64,000 nucleotides of DNA from Fidelibacterota bacterium (GTDB lineage Bacteria; Fidelibacterota; Marinisomatia; Marinisomatales; TCS55), in assembly GCA_012964665.1 (NCBI GenBank), contig DTTO01000060.1:4522-68521 (forward strand). Reading direction: 5' to 3'. The notes beneath the pieces were generated by a model, which saw only the letters and a program-made list of their open reading frames with translations, did not search any database and was not told the origin of the DNA. Every line of letters starts with the position of its first letter. Within the stretch, counting starts at the first letter, position 1. Below, piece after piece: positions 1-8,636 of this stretch. Made by a program: the position numbers and the translations under genes.

Positions 1-1
1 C

Positions 2-337
2 AATCTGTTTAAAAGATCGATGAAAATTGATACCCATTTGTGGGGAAGTGGTACAATGGGGAGACTTTCGTCATTTGGATTTGACCCGATTCGCCATGTT
101 CCATTTAGCAATACAAATTCGGAATGGATCCTGCCGGATAAATGGCTGCTTCATTTTGAAGCGAAGGCTAATGTGTCCGGTGTTATAATATCTTATAAAA
201 TCAACAATATTTTGAACGCAGTTTCAGGTTTTAGCAATGGTTTGACGGATGATAATATTTGGGTACGCCCCAACCATCTATATCCGCTTTTGGGACGCAT
301 GATGCAGTTTGGTGTTACTTGGCATTTTAAAAACTAG
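2..337 (+). CDS. 3' end of a gene entering from upstream of the window; hypothetical protein (possibly an outer-membrane beta-barrel C-terminus)
   Basis: The frame is open from nt 2, with no stop before the first ATG at 20. The C-terminal segment alternates hydrophobic and polar residues and ends ...GVTWHFKN. No catalytic motif recognised. Confidence 0.3.
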   Translation, partial: NLFKRSMKIDTHLWGSGTMGRLSSFGFDPIRHVPFSNTNSEWILPDKWLLHFEAKANVSGVIISYKINNILNAVSGFSNGLTDDNIWVRPNHLYPLLGRMMQFGVTWHFKN

Positions 338-437
338 TTTGTTCTTTTCTAACCTATAAAAACGGATTTATCGGCCGAAAAAATGTTGCAAATACTGTCG
401 TGATTTTTTTTGCTTTTCATACACTTATCGATTCTGT

Positions 438-1004
438 GTGACGGAACAAAGATGTAAATTTCACGCTATGATTTCACCATCAAAAAATGGATCTATTCTG
501 AATCGTTCTGTCTTGGTTTTAAATACCAATTATGCACCGATGGATATTTGTACGGCTCGCAGGGCAATTTGCTTGTTTTATAATGAAAAAGTAGATATTC
601 TGGAATCATATAAAGAATCAATACACTCCCCATCGGTAACCTTGTCTTTGCCAAGTATTGTTAAACTAAAAGATTTTATACGGCACCATAAAATGGATGT
701 TGTCTTAAGTCGAAAAAATCTGATGATTAGAGATAAATATCAATGTCAATACTGTTCCTCGAAAAAGAATCCACTGACTTTGGATCATGTTTTACCAAAA
801 AATCGGGGCGGGATGGACACTTGGGAAAATCTTGTAACTGCTTGCCAGTCATGTAATCGAAAAAAGAGTAATCAAACACCTGAAGAAGCAAAAATGATAT
901 TAATACGATTACCAAAAAAGCCGAATAAGATTCATTATTTTCAGCAATTTATTCGTGAAAAACAAACAGCTTGGCGCCCATATTTATTTATGGAATCTTT
1001 TTAA
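438..1004 (+). CDS. HNH endonuclease family protein
   Basis: CQYC...LDHVLPKNRGG...WENLVTACQSCNRKK is a CxxC/H-N-H/CxxC zinc-finger nuclease motif. GTG start at 438, with an alternative in-frame ATG at 468. The TAA stop directly abuts the trpS ATG. Confidence 0.8.
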   Translation: MTEQRCKFHAMISPSKNGSILNRSVLVLNTNYAPMDICTARRAICLFYNEKVDILESYKESIHSPSVTLSLPSIVKLKDFIRHHKMDVVLSRKNLMIRDKYQCQYCSSKKNPLTLDHVLPKNRGGMDTWENLVTACQSCNRKKSNQTPEEAKMILIRLPKKPNKIHYFQQFIREKQTAWRPYLFMESF

Positions 1005-1985
1005 ATGAAACGTGTATTGAGTGGTATTCAGCCTTCGGGCGAACTGCACCTTGGGAATTATTTCGGTATGATGTCTCGGATGATTAAGTACCAGGAAGAG
1101 AATGAACTATTTTGTTTTATTGTCAACTATCACGCCATGACGAGTATTCAGGATAAAGAACGGCTAGCCAAGAATACCTTGAATGCCGCCATGGATTTTA
1201 TTGCCCTGGGGCTTGACCCTGATCGATCCACTTTCTGGATTCAAAGCGATGTGCCTCAAGTTTGTGAGTCTACTTGGCTTTTATCTAATATCGTTAACGT
1301 AGGAGTATTGGAACGGGCCACATCTTATAAAGATAAACTGGCAAAAGGATTGACCGCAAATGTGGGACTTTATTCCTATCCAATTCTCATGGCCTCTGAT
1401 ATCCTTTTATTTGGTGGAGAAATTGTACCAGTTGGTAATGATCAAAAACAACATTTGGAAATGACACGCGATATCGCCATTAGGTTCAATCAAACTTTTG
1501 GTGAAGTATTTATTGTGCCTGAACCGGATATTGAAAAAACCACGCAATTAGTCCCGGGAATCGATGGTCAGAAAATGAGTAAATCTTATGGAAATACAAT
1601 TCCGATTTTTGGATTGGAAAAAAACATTCGAAAACAATTTATGTCTATTGTAACAGATTCAAAGGGTATTAATGAACCAAAAGACACGAATACGCCCCTC
1701 TTTCAACTTTATAGTCTCTTTCTTGATGAATCTGGACAAAAAGAGTTGAAAGATCGATTCGCAAGTCCCGGTTTAAGTTATGGAAATTTAAAGATAGAAT
1801 TATTTGAGTGTTTTTGGAATCGATTTGAGCCTTTTCGGCAAAAGCGGGATTACCTCGCGAGCCATAAAGATTTTGTGCTCCAAAAATTAAAAGAAGGGGC
1901 TGAAAAATCCAGCACCGTTGCTGATAGATTTCTTAATAAGGCACGTGAAGCTATGGGGTTAAACTATGGTGAAGTAAATGTATAA
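1005..1985 (+). CDS. trpS: tryptophan--tRNA ligase
   Basis: Class I aaRS signatures PSGELHLGNYFG (HIGH-type) and KMSKS. 326 aa, a typical TrpRS length. Confidence 0.95.
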   Translation: MKRVLSGIQPSGELHLGNYFGMMSRMIKYQEENELFCFIVNYHAMTSIQDKERLAKNTLNAAMDFIALGLDPDRSTFWIQSDVPQVCESTWLLSNIVNVGVLERATSYKDKLAKGLTANVGLYSYPILMASDILLFGGEIVPVGNDQKQHLEMTRDIAIRFNQTFGEVFIVPEPDIEKTTQLVPGIDGQKMSKSYGNTIPIFGLEKNIRKQFMSIVTDSKGINEPKDTNTPLFQLYSLFLDESGQKELKDRFASPGLSYGNLKIELFECFWNRFEPFRQKRDYLASHKDFVLQKLKEGAEKSSTVADRFLNKAREAMGLNYGEVNV

Positions 1986-2694
1986 AGTTCAACTAAACAA
2001 GTTTGAAGGGCCTTTAGACCTTTTGTTATATTTTATTAGGCGGGATGAAATCGATATTTATGATATACCTATCGCACAAATTACCGCCGAATATTTGCAA
2101 ATTGTTGAAGACATGAAAGCGATAAACTTGTCTATGGCGGGCGAATTTATTCTTATGGCCGCTACATTAATGCGTATCAAATCCAAAATGCTAATTCCTC
2201 GTCCTGAGTTAAACGAAGAAGGCGAACCCATAGATCCACGGCGAGAATTAGTCCAACAACTATTGGAATACCAACGCTTTAAAGAAGTAACCACTGAATT
2301 ATCGATGAAATGGCATGAACAAAGCTATCGACATGAGCGATCGTTCGTGCAAGAGGCGGAAGGAGTTGATACTGCAGGTGTTTACCTAAGAAAAGTGGAC
2401 CTTTTTGATTTAGCCCAATATTTTAAGGAAGCTATGGATCGGATGCAGGTTATTAGTGCTTATGAACTTCACCAGGAACCTATCAGCTTGGATGATAAAA
2501 AGCATTTTATTATGATATCTTTCGATGGAGATGGTATACTTTCTTTCAAGCGTTTGCTATCAAATTGTCAAAATAAATTGGAAGTAATTGTCACCTTTTT
2601 AGCCATCCTCGATTTAATTCGATTATTTGAAATTTTAGTTTATCAGAATGAATTGTTTAATGATTTTGAAATTCATCGACTTGAAAAAAATTAA
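1978..2694 (+). CDS. scpA: segregation and condensation protein A
   Basis: N-terminus FEGPLDLLLYFIRRDEIDIYDIPIAQIT is typical of ScpA. Followed by scpB. Confidence 0.9.
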   Translation: MYKVQLNKFEGPLDLLLYFIRRDEIDIYDIPIAQITAEYLQIVEDMKAINLSMAGEFILMAATLMRIKSKMLIPRPELNEEGEPIDPRRELVQQLLEYQRFKEVTTELSMKWHEQSYRHERSFVQEAEGVDTAGVYLRKVDLFDLAQYFKEAMDRMQVISAYELHQEPISLDDKKHFIMISFDGDGILSFKRLLSNCQNKLEVIVTFLAILDLIRLFEILVYQNELFNDFEIHRLEKN

Positions 2695-2706
2695 TAATAA
2701 TTCAAA

Positions 2707-3264
2707 TTGAATGTAGATCGCATCATCGAGGCTTTGTTGTTTGCCAGTCCCGAACCGCTGACACAAAAAAAAGTCAATTTAATCTTTGAAGAAAATCCGC
2801 CAAATTTGGAAGCTGTTACTAAACGGTTATCTGAGTTGTATTTAGCGCAAGGAAATTCATTTAAAATCCAGAGTGTGGCTGGTGGATTTCAGCTCAGGAC
2901 ACTGCCTGAATATGATTTGTATATCCGTCGGTTATTAAATAAAACAGGAAAATTACATCTCTCTCAAGCGGCTCTGGAGTCTCTAGCTATCGTGGCCTAT
3001 AAGCAGCCCATCAGCAAACCTGAAGTAGAGATGATTCGAGGTGTAGATTGTGCTGGAGTTCTCAAAACGCTTTTAAAAAAATCTCTTATTAAAATTAAAG
3101 GAAGAAATGAGGGCCCTGGTCGACCATTAATGTATGGAACGACAGATCAGTTTCTCCAGGAATTTGGTTTAAGTCGCATTGCCGAATTACCCAAACTCAA
3201 AGAAGTAGCTGAATTATTGGAGGAACAGCCGGCACTTACCGAGCAAATTGATGCGTTTAAATAA
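2707..3264 (+). CDS. scpB: segregation and condensation protein B
   Basis: IEALLFASPEPLT ... GRPLMYGTT motifs. TTG start. Paired with scpA. Confidence 0.88.
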   Translation: MNVDRIIEALLFASPEPLTQKKVNLIFEENPPNLEAVTKRLSELYLAQGNSFKIQSVAGGFQLRTLPEYDLYIRRLLNKTGKLHLSQAALESLAIVAYKQPISKPEVEMIRGVDCAGVLKTLLKKSLIKIKGRNEGPGRPLMYGTTDQFLQEFGLSRIAELPKLKEVAELLEEQPALTEQIDAFK

Positions 3265-3958
3265 ATATCTGGCCCGATCGGGGGTTGCATCTAGACGGGA
3301 AGCAGATAAACTCATTCAGACTACCAGCGTTACTGTAAATGGCGTTGTAGAAGTGAATCCTGCATACTGTGTGAAAAGTACTGATGAAGTCCGTTATGAT
3401 AATAAACGAATTAGGCCGGAATCAAATACACGAATCATTTTGTTAAATAAACCTAGTGGTTACATTACTACGGTAAAAGATCCATTAAAACGAAAAACAG
3501 TAATGGATTTAATAGACAATAATAAAAGGCTGTTTCCCGTGGGCCGATTAGATAAGGATACAACTGGATTGCTTTTATTGACAAATGATGGTGAATTGGC
3601 TAATCGATTAATGCACCCTAAAAACCGAATACAACGTATTTATAAAGTTGAAATAGATAAAAAATTCCGAGCATGGGAAATCAAGCGAATGTCGATTAAA
3701 GTTTATATTGGCCAAAAGGAATGGGGTAAGGCAGAAGTGGTCAAGCAAAAGCAGGTGAAAGGACGAGTGACTGTATTACTTCGGCTATACCATGGACAAA
3801 AACGAGAAGTACGGCGGTTGATGTACCGCATGAAACGGAAATTATTCAGTTTAGAACGTATCCAATTTGGTCCAATTGCGCTAGGAAACATATCCCGCGG
3901 TAGATGGCGTGATTTAAATGCCGGTGAAATGAAGATTCTTAATTCTCTCGGTCTATGA
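3251..3958 (+). CDS. rluB: rRNA pseudouridine synthase, RsuA/RluB family
   Basis: S4 domain MRLNKYLARSGVASRREADKLI plus catalytic GRLDKDTTGLLLLTNDGELANRLMHP. ATG at 3251; the ORF-track start at 3248 is a TTG one codon upstream. Confidence 0.85.
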   Translation: MRLNKYLARSGVASRREADKLIQTTSVTVNGVVEVNPAYCVKSTDEVRYDNKRIRPESNTRIILLNKPSGYITTVKDPLKRKTVMDLIDNNKRLFPVGRLDKDTTGLLLLTNDGELANRLMHPKNRIQRIYKVEIDKKFRAWEIKRMSIKVYIGQKEWGKAEVVKQKQVKGRVTVLLRLYHGQKREVRRLMYRMKRKLFSLERIQFGPIALGNISRGRWRDLNAGEMKILNSLGL

Positions 3959-4046
3959 TTTTGGTCTCTTTTCCTATCTGTCATATTCATTTGTTATCTA
4001 TGGATAACACCGTAGATTTCTTGGCTTATTGAGAGTGTAATAAGAG

Positions 4047-4700
4047 ATGATTGTCGCCATAGATGGGCCGGCTGCAACAGGAAAAAGTACTTCGGCAAAA
4101 AAAGTTGCGCGAGAATTGGGTTTTATCCATTTAGATACTGGAGCAATGTATCGTTGTGTCACATTGGCCGTTTTGAGAAATCAGATTACTTTGGACAATG
4201 AAAGTGCATTAAGCCAATTGCTCGACGGGCTTGATATCCGACTCAAAAAATTAGATGACGAATTAGTTGTCTATTTAAATGGAGAGGATGTTTCTGATGA
4301 AATCCGAAAAGCTGAAGTGACTTCTTATGTCAGTACCGTTAGTGCGCTTTCCCAAGTCAGGAATGCTTTGGTGCGGATCCAAAGAAATATTGCAAAAAAT
4401 CAGGATTGTGTGGTAGAAGGCAGGGACATTGGAACGATTGTATTCCCTGATGCCAAATTCAAGTTTTTTCTGGTTGCAGACGATTTTGTCAGGGCTCAAA
4501 GGCGTCAACTGGATTTAATCGCAATTGGAGAGGAAAAATCCATCGCGGTATTGGTTGAAGAAATTCGCCAGCGAGATTTTTTGGATTCTAAACGAAGCAA
4601 TTCTCCTTTATGTAAAGCAGATGATGCGATCGAAATAGACACATCGAAAATGACTTTTGATGAGCAAGTTGCCTTTATGGTCAACAGGGTAAAAAAATGA
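4047..4700 (+). CDS. cmk: cytidylate kinase
   Basis: P-loop IAIDGPAATGKST. Conserved cmk-rpsA gene order. Confidence 0.9.
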   Translation: MIVAIDGPAATGKSTSAKKVARELGFIHLDTGAMYRCVTLAVLRNQITLDNESALSQLLDGLDIRLKKLDDELVVYLNGEDVSDEIRKAEVTSYVSTVSALSQVRNALVRIQRNIAKNQDCVVEGRDIGTIVFPDAKFKFFLVADDFVRAQRRQLDLIAIGEEKSIAVLVEEIRQRDFLDSKRSNSPLCKADDAIEIDTSKMTFDEQVAFMVNRVKK

Positions 4701-4721
4701 TAGATAGGAAACAAAATTGAA

Positions 4722-6632
4722 ATGAGCGAAGCCATACAAGAACCTGTCGTTGAACAGACCGATGAGTCTCTGGAATTAGAGGTCGGCTCTAAAGTGAGTG
4801 AAGACGTGCCTACGACTTCTAAAGTTGAAGATGCACCTGCTGAAATAGAAAAATTATTTGTTAATTACCTAGATGTTGATCTCTTTGATGATATTCGAAA
4901 AGTATCTATTGAAGAACTGCTTCACTCAGAGGTAACTGAAGAAGTTCCTCAGGAAGAGCAAGATCGTTATTTATCAACTTTTTCTGATATTAGTGAACGT
5001 GAAATCATAACAGGTCGTGTTATCGGGATGAATGAAAATGAAATCCTTATTGATATCGGATTTAAATCTGAAGGAATTATTAAGCGTGATGAATTTGCCG
5101 AAGATGCCCTTCCAAGTGTAGGCGAAAAACTGGATGTTTATCTCGAAAAAATGGAGGATGAAAGCGGCAAAACTGTTCTATCGAAAGAAAAAGCAGATTT
5201 TCTGCGCAGGTGGACCAAATTGCGTGAGGTTCATGAAACTGGGGAGATTATCAGTGGTCGCATCGTTCGTAGAATTAAAGGTGGGATGGTTGTGGACTTG
5301 GACGGTGTCCAAGCTTTTTTACCAGGATCCCAGATTGATGTTCGCCCTGTGAAGGATTTTGATAAATATATCGATACTGATATGGACCTTCGGGTAGTCA
5401 AGTTTAATGAATTCCGAAAAAATGTTGTCGTTTCTCATAAAGCGATTTTGGAAGAAAGTCTGGCTGTGCAAAGGGACGAATTATTTAATAAACTAGAAAT
5501 TGGAAGTATTATGGAAGGCCGCGTCAAGAATATTACAGATTTTGGTGTATTTGTTGATCTTGGTGGTATTGATGGTTTACTTCATATCACCGATTTGAGT
5601 TGGGGGCGTGTCAATCATCCCTCAGAGTTAATTGATTTAGATGATACACTCACGGTGAAAATAATTGATTTTGATAAAGATAAAAAAAGGGTCTCATTAG
5701 GACTGAAACAATTGACACCACATCCATGGGAAAATGTTGAAGAAAGTTACCCTGAAGGTACAAAAATAAGCGGTAAAATAGTTAGCATGACTAATTATGG
5801 ATCATTTATTGAAATCGAACCTGGCATTGAAGGATTGATTCATGTATCGGAAATGTCTTGGACACAACATGTTAAAAACCCATCGGAAATGTTTTCTCTC
5901 GGTGATGAAATTGAGGCGATTGTATTAGCCGTTGATACAGAAGAACGAAAAATCAGTTTGGGTGTCAAACAGCTCCAAGCTGATCCATGGGACCAGATTG
6001 AGGAAAAGTATATAGTGGGAACGGTTGTCAAAGGTAAAATCATTAATGTAACCCAGTTCGGTGCATTTGTTGAATTAGAAGATGGGATTGACGGTTTGAT
6101 TCATGTATCCGATTTATCTTGGACAAAAATTGTTCGTCATCCAAAGGAAATTATTGAAAAAGGTAAGGAAGTTGAAGTGCGGGTGTTGGAAGTGTCCCGT
6201 GATAACAGACGGATTGCCCTTGGCCTTAAACAAATAAAGGATGATCCTTGGCCTGAATTGGTAAAACAATTTGAAACAGGTAAAGAAGTCGAAGGTGATG
6301 TAGTACGGGTTTTAGATAAAGGCATTATTTTAATGCTAGATCATGATGTGGAAGGTATTATTCCCTTTGATCGCCAAACAAAACGTCAGCGCAAAGCACT
6401 CCCCTTAAAATATAAGCCCGGTCAGAAAATTAGTAGTGTTGTTATGGAAGTAAGGCCGGAGGATAAGAAAGTTATTTTATTTCTAGAAGAATTAAGCAAT
6501 AATAAACCGAGTAAAAAAGACGACATTCAGGATTATCTTAATAATCAAGAATCCCCGGCTGCAGAAAAGATTGAAATTCCGACTGAAGCAAATGAAGAAA
6601 CTGAAAGCGATATTGAGGCGGCGGAGGAATAA
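4722..6632 (+). CDS. rpsA: 30S ribosomal protein S1
   Basis: Six S1 repeats, for example GRVKNITDFGVFVDLGGIDGLLH and GKIINVTQFGAFVELEDGIDGLIH. Acidic N- and C-terminal tails. Confidence 0.95.
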   Translation: MSEAIQEPVVEQTDESLELEVGSKVSEDVPTTSKVEDAPAEIEKLFVNYLDVDLFDDIRKVSIEELLHSEVTEEVPQEEQDRYLSTFSDISEREIITGRVIGMNENEILIDIGFKSEGIIKRDEFAEDALPSVGEKLDVYLEKMEDESGKTVLSKEKADFLRRWTKLREVHETGEIISGRIVRRIKGGMVVDLDGVQAFLPGSQIDVRPVKDFDKYIDTDMDLRVVKFNEFRKNVVVSHKAILEESLAVQRDELFNKLEIGSIMEGRVKNITDFGVFVDLGGIDGLLHITDLSWGRVNHPSELIDLDDTLTVKIIDFDKDKKRVSLGLKQLTPHPWENVEESYPEGTKISGKIVSMTNYGSFIEIEPGIEGLIHVSEMSWTQHVKNPSEMFSLGDEIEAIVLAVDTEERKISLGVKQLQADPWDQIEEKYIVGTVVKGKIINVTQFGAFVELEDGIDGLIHVSDLSWTKIVRHPKEIIEKGKEVEVRVLEVSRDNRRIALGLKQIKDDPWPELVKQFETGKEVEGDVVRVLDKGIILMLDHDVEGIIPFDRQTKRQRKALPLKYKPGQKISSVVMEVRPEDKKVILFLEELSNNKPSKKDDIQDYLNNQESPAAEKIEIPTEANEETESDIEAAEE

Positions 6633-6660
6633 CCCGCGTCTTTAAATCTCTCGATCAATT

Positions 6661-7656
6661 ATGGGGAAGGGATTCAATCCTGACAGTCTAAAGTCCTTTC
6701 TATCCTGGGAAAAGATGGGAACTCGATTCGGCGCCATTGGCTTAGCCGTGCTGCTCTGGCTGTTTGTTGTCAGTAATAATGAATATTCTATGGCGATTGA
6801 CATGCCAATCGAAGCTCGGAATTTACCTGCTCGCCATGCCTTAAAAGAGGAGGTTCCTTCCACCGCGAAAGTGCGTCTACATGGTACGGGAAGGTCTTTA
6901 TTCAAAACAATTGTCCTCAAGAATTTTATTCCTAATTTTAAACTCGTTTTAGATTTGGAAAGGATTTCTGAAGAATATGAGTTTAGACTAAACGATTATT
7001 TCGAACGATATCCCCAAAAAGTTGTTATTCCGTCTACATTTGATGTGAATTATGTTGAAGTAATTTATCCCAGTTCTGTTCACATTAGTATCGATGAGTA
7101 TAAAGAAAAAGTCGTTTCTGTTTACCCCGATATTTTGATTAAACCGGCCCCGGGTTACGCTTTGGTAGGGCCTCCTGTTATTTCACCTGATTCGGTTAAA
7201 ATTGCTGGTTCGCGGGATATTGTCGAAAATATAACTGAAGTTTTTTCTGAAACAGACACTGTTATTGATGCGACCAATAATATTTCCATCTTATTATCTT
7301 TAAAAGTTGCCCGTGGTCAGTTAATTGAATACACGCCCAAATCAGTATCTTTTCAACAAAGCGTTCAGTCCATTAGTGAAAGAATAATCAGTGAAATCCC
7401 GGTTCGGATATTAAATCAACGGGAAAATTTACAAGCATTTGTTAGCCCTCAGACTGTGTCTCTTACTGTTGTTGGTGGGATCGATTTTATTGCCAAATTA
7501 AAACCCGAAGATATCTTTATCTCGATTGACTTTAACATGTGGAATTCACGAAAGCAATTTTATGATTTAAAAGTCCAGGCACCATCAGATGTAATTGAAT
7601 GGATGGATCTTTCTCCCCAAAGCATTGAACTGGTGGTCACAAAGAGGGCTGGTTGA
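6661..7656 (+). CDS. YbbR-like domain membrane protein
   Basis: N-terminal anchor FGAIGLAVLLWLFVVS followed by repeated beta-rich modules. Assignment is by overall architecture only. Confidence 0.4.
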   Translation: MGKGFNPDSLKSFLSWEKMGTRFGAIGLAVLLWLFVVSNNEYSMAIDMPIEARNLPARHALKEEVPSTAKVRLHGTGRSLFKTIVLKNFIPNFKLVLDLERISEEYEFRLNDYFERYPQKVVIPSTFDVNYVEVIYPSSVHISIDEYKEKVVSVYPDILIKPAPGYALVGPPVISPDSVKIAGSRDIVENITEVFSETDTVIDATNNISILLSLKVARGQLIEYTPKSVSFQQSVQSISERIISEIPVRILNQRENLQAFVSPQTVSLTVVGGIDFIAKLKPEDIFISIDFNMWNSRKQFYDLKVQAPSDVIEWMDLSPQSIELVVTKRAG

Positions 7657-8633
7657 TTGTCCTAGGCATTGAAACGTCCTGCGATGAAACTGCAGCAGCC
7701 GTTTGCCAGGATAAGAAAATAATTTCGAGTCAAATCAGTACACAAACTATCCACCGAAAATATGGTGGCGTTGTTCCTGAAATTGCATCTCGTGAACATG
7801 AAAAATTATTGAATGATATGGTTTCGGATACCCTTGAGGTTGGGGGTATCTCCAAAAATCAATTAAAAGGTATCGCCGTTACCCAAGGACCTGGATTAGC
7901 TGGAGCCTTGATTACAGGTGTTTGTTTTGCCAAAGGGCTTGCTTTGGGGCTAGGACTTCCAATAATTGGGATTAATCATCTGGAAGCTCATATCTTTGTG
8001 AACTTTCTGGCAGACCCTACGTTGAATTTCCCTTTTATTTGCCTGCTCGTTTCCGGCGGACACACCCAATTATGGTACGTGAAAGATTTAAATCATTATA
8101 CGCTGATGGGAGAAACTAGGGATGATGCAGTAGGGGAAGCATTTGATAAAGGTGCGCGAATTTTAGGATTAGGTTATCCCGGTGGACCGGAAATTGAAAA
8201 ATTGGCTGAAGATGGAAATACTAATGCGATCAAATTTCCCCGTGCGTTTATGGGAAAAAATAACATGGAATTTAGTTTCAGCGGATTAAAGACAGCTCTA
8301 TTGTATTATATGGATAATCAAAAAAATGTAAATTTAAATGATGTCGCTGCCAGTTATCAAAGTGCCATTATTGAAGTTTTAACTACTAAATTATTATGGG
8401 CTATGGATAAGACAAATTGTGACCAATGTGTCATTGCTGGTGGTGTGGCTGCCAATAAATCATTACGAAATAGTGTTGAAACAAACTTGTATTCTAAAAA
8501 AGTAATTTTCCCTGAGATGGCTCATTGTACTGATAATGCGGCCATGATCGCCTTTTTGGGTGAATTATATCTTTCAAAAAAAAGTTCAAGTCCTATCGAT
8601 TTCCCAATCCTTCCCAATTTGAAACTCACTTAA
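7653..8633 (+). CDS. tsaD: tRNA N6-adenosine threonylcarbamoyltransferase
   Basis: ILGIETSCDETAAAV N-terminus, HLEAH and GG...AN motifs of the Kae1/TsaD family. TTG start overlaps the upstream stop (TTGA). Confidence 0.93.
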   Translation: MIVLGIETSCDETAAAVCQDKKIISSQISTQTIHRKYGGVVPEIASREHEKLLNDMVSDTLEVGGISKNQLKGIAVTQGPGLAGALITGVCFAKGLALGLGLPIIGINHLEAHIFVNFLADPTLNFPFICLLVSGGHTQLWYVKDLNHYTLMGETRDDAVGEAFDKGARILGLGYPGGPEIEKLAEDGNTNAIKFPRAFMGKNNMEFSFSGLKTALLYYMDNQKNVNLNDVAASYQSAIIEVLTTKLLWAMDKTNCDQCVIAGGVAANKSLRNSVETNLYSKKVIFPEMAHCTDNAAMIAFLGELYLSKKSSSPIDFPILPNLKLT

Positions 8634-8636
8634 GCC

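Noticed and set aside
337-438. Bacteroidota-type promoter in the spacer before the HNH gene
   Set aside because: A T-run followed by G is present, but there is no proper TAnnTTTG and no suitably spaced TTG element.
438-1004. HNH endonuclease as a mobile-element or defence-system component
   Set aside because: It has no partner genes (methylase, ATPase, helicase, integrase). Its stop codon directly abuts trpS inside a housekeeping operon. Composition is the same as its neighbours. It looks like the widespread stand-alone ~180-aa HNH protein.
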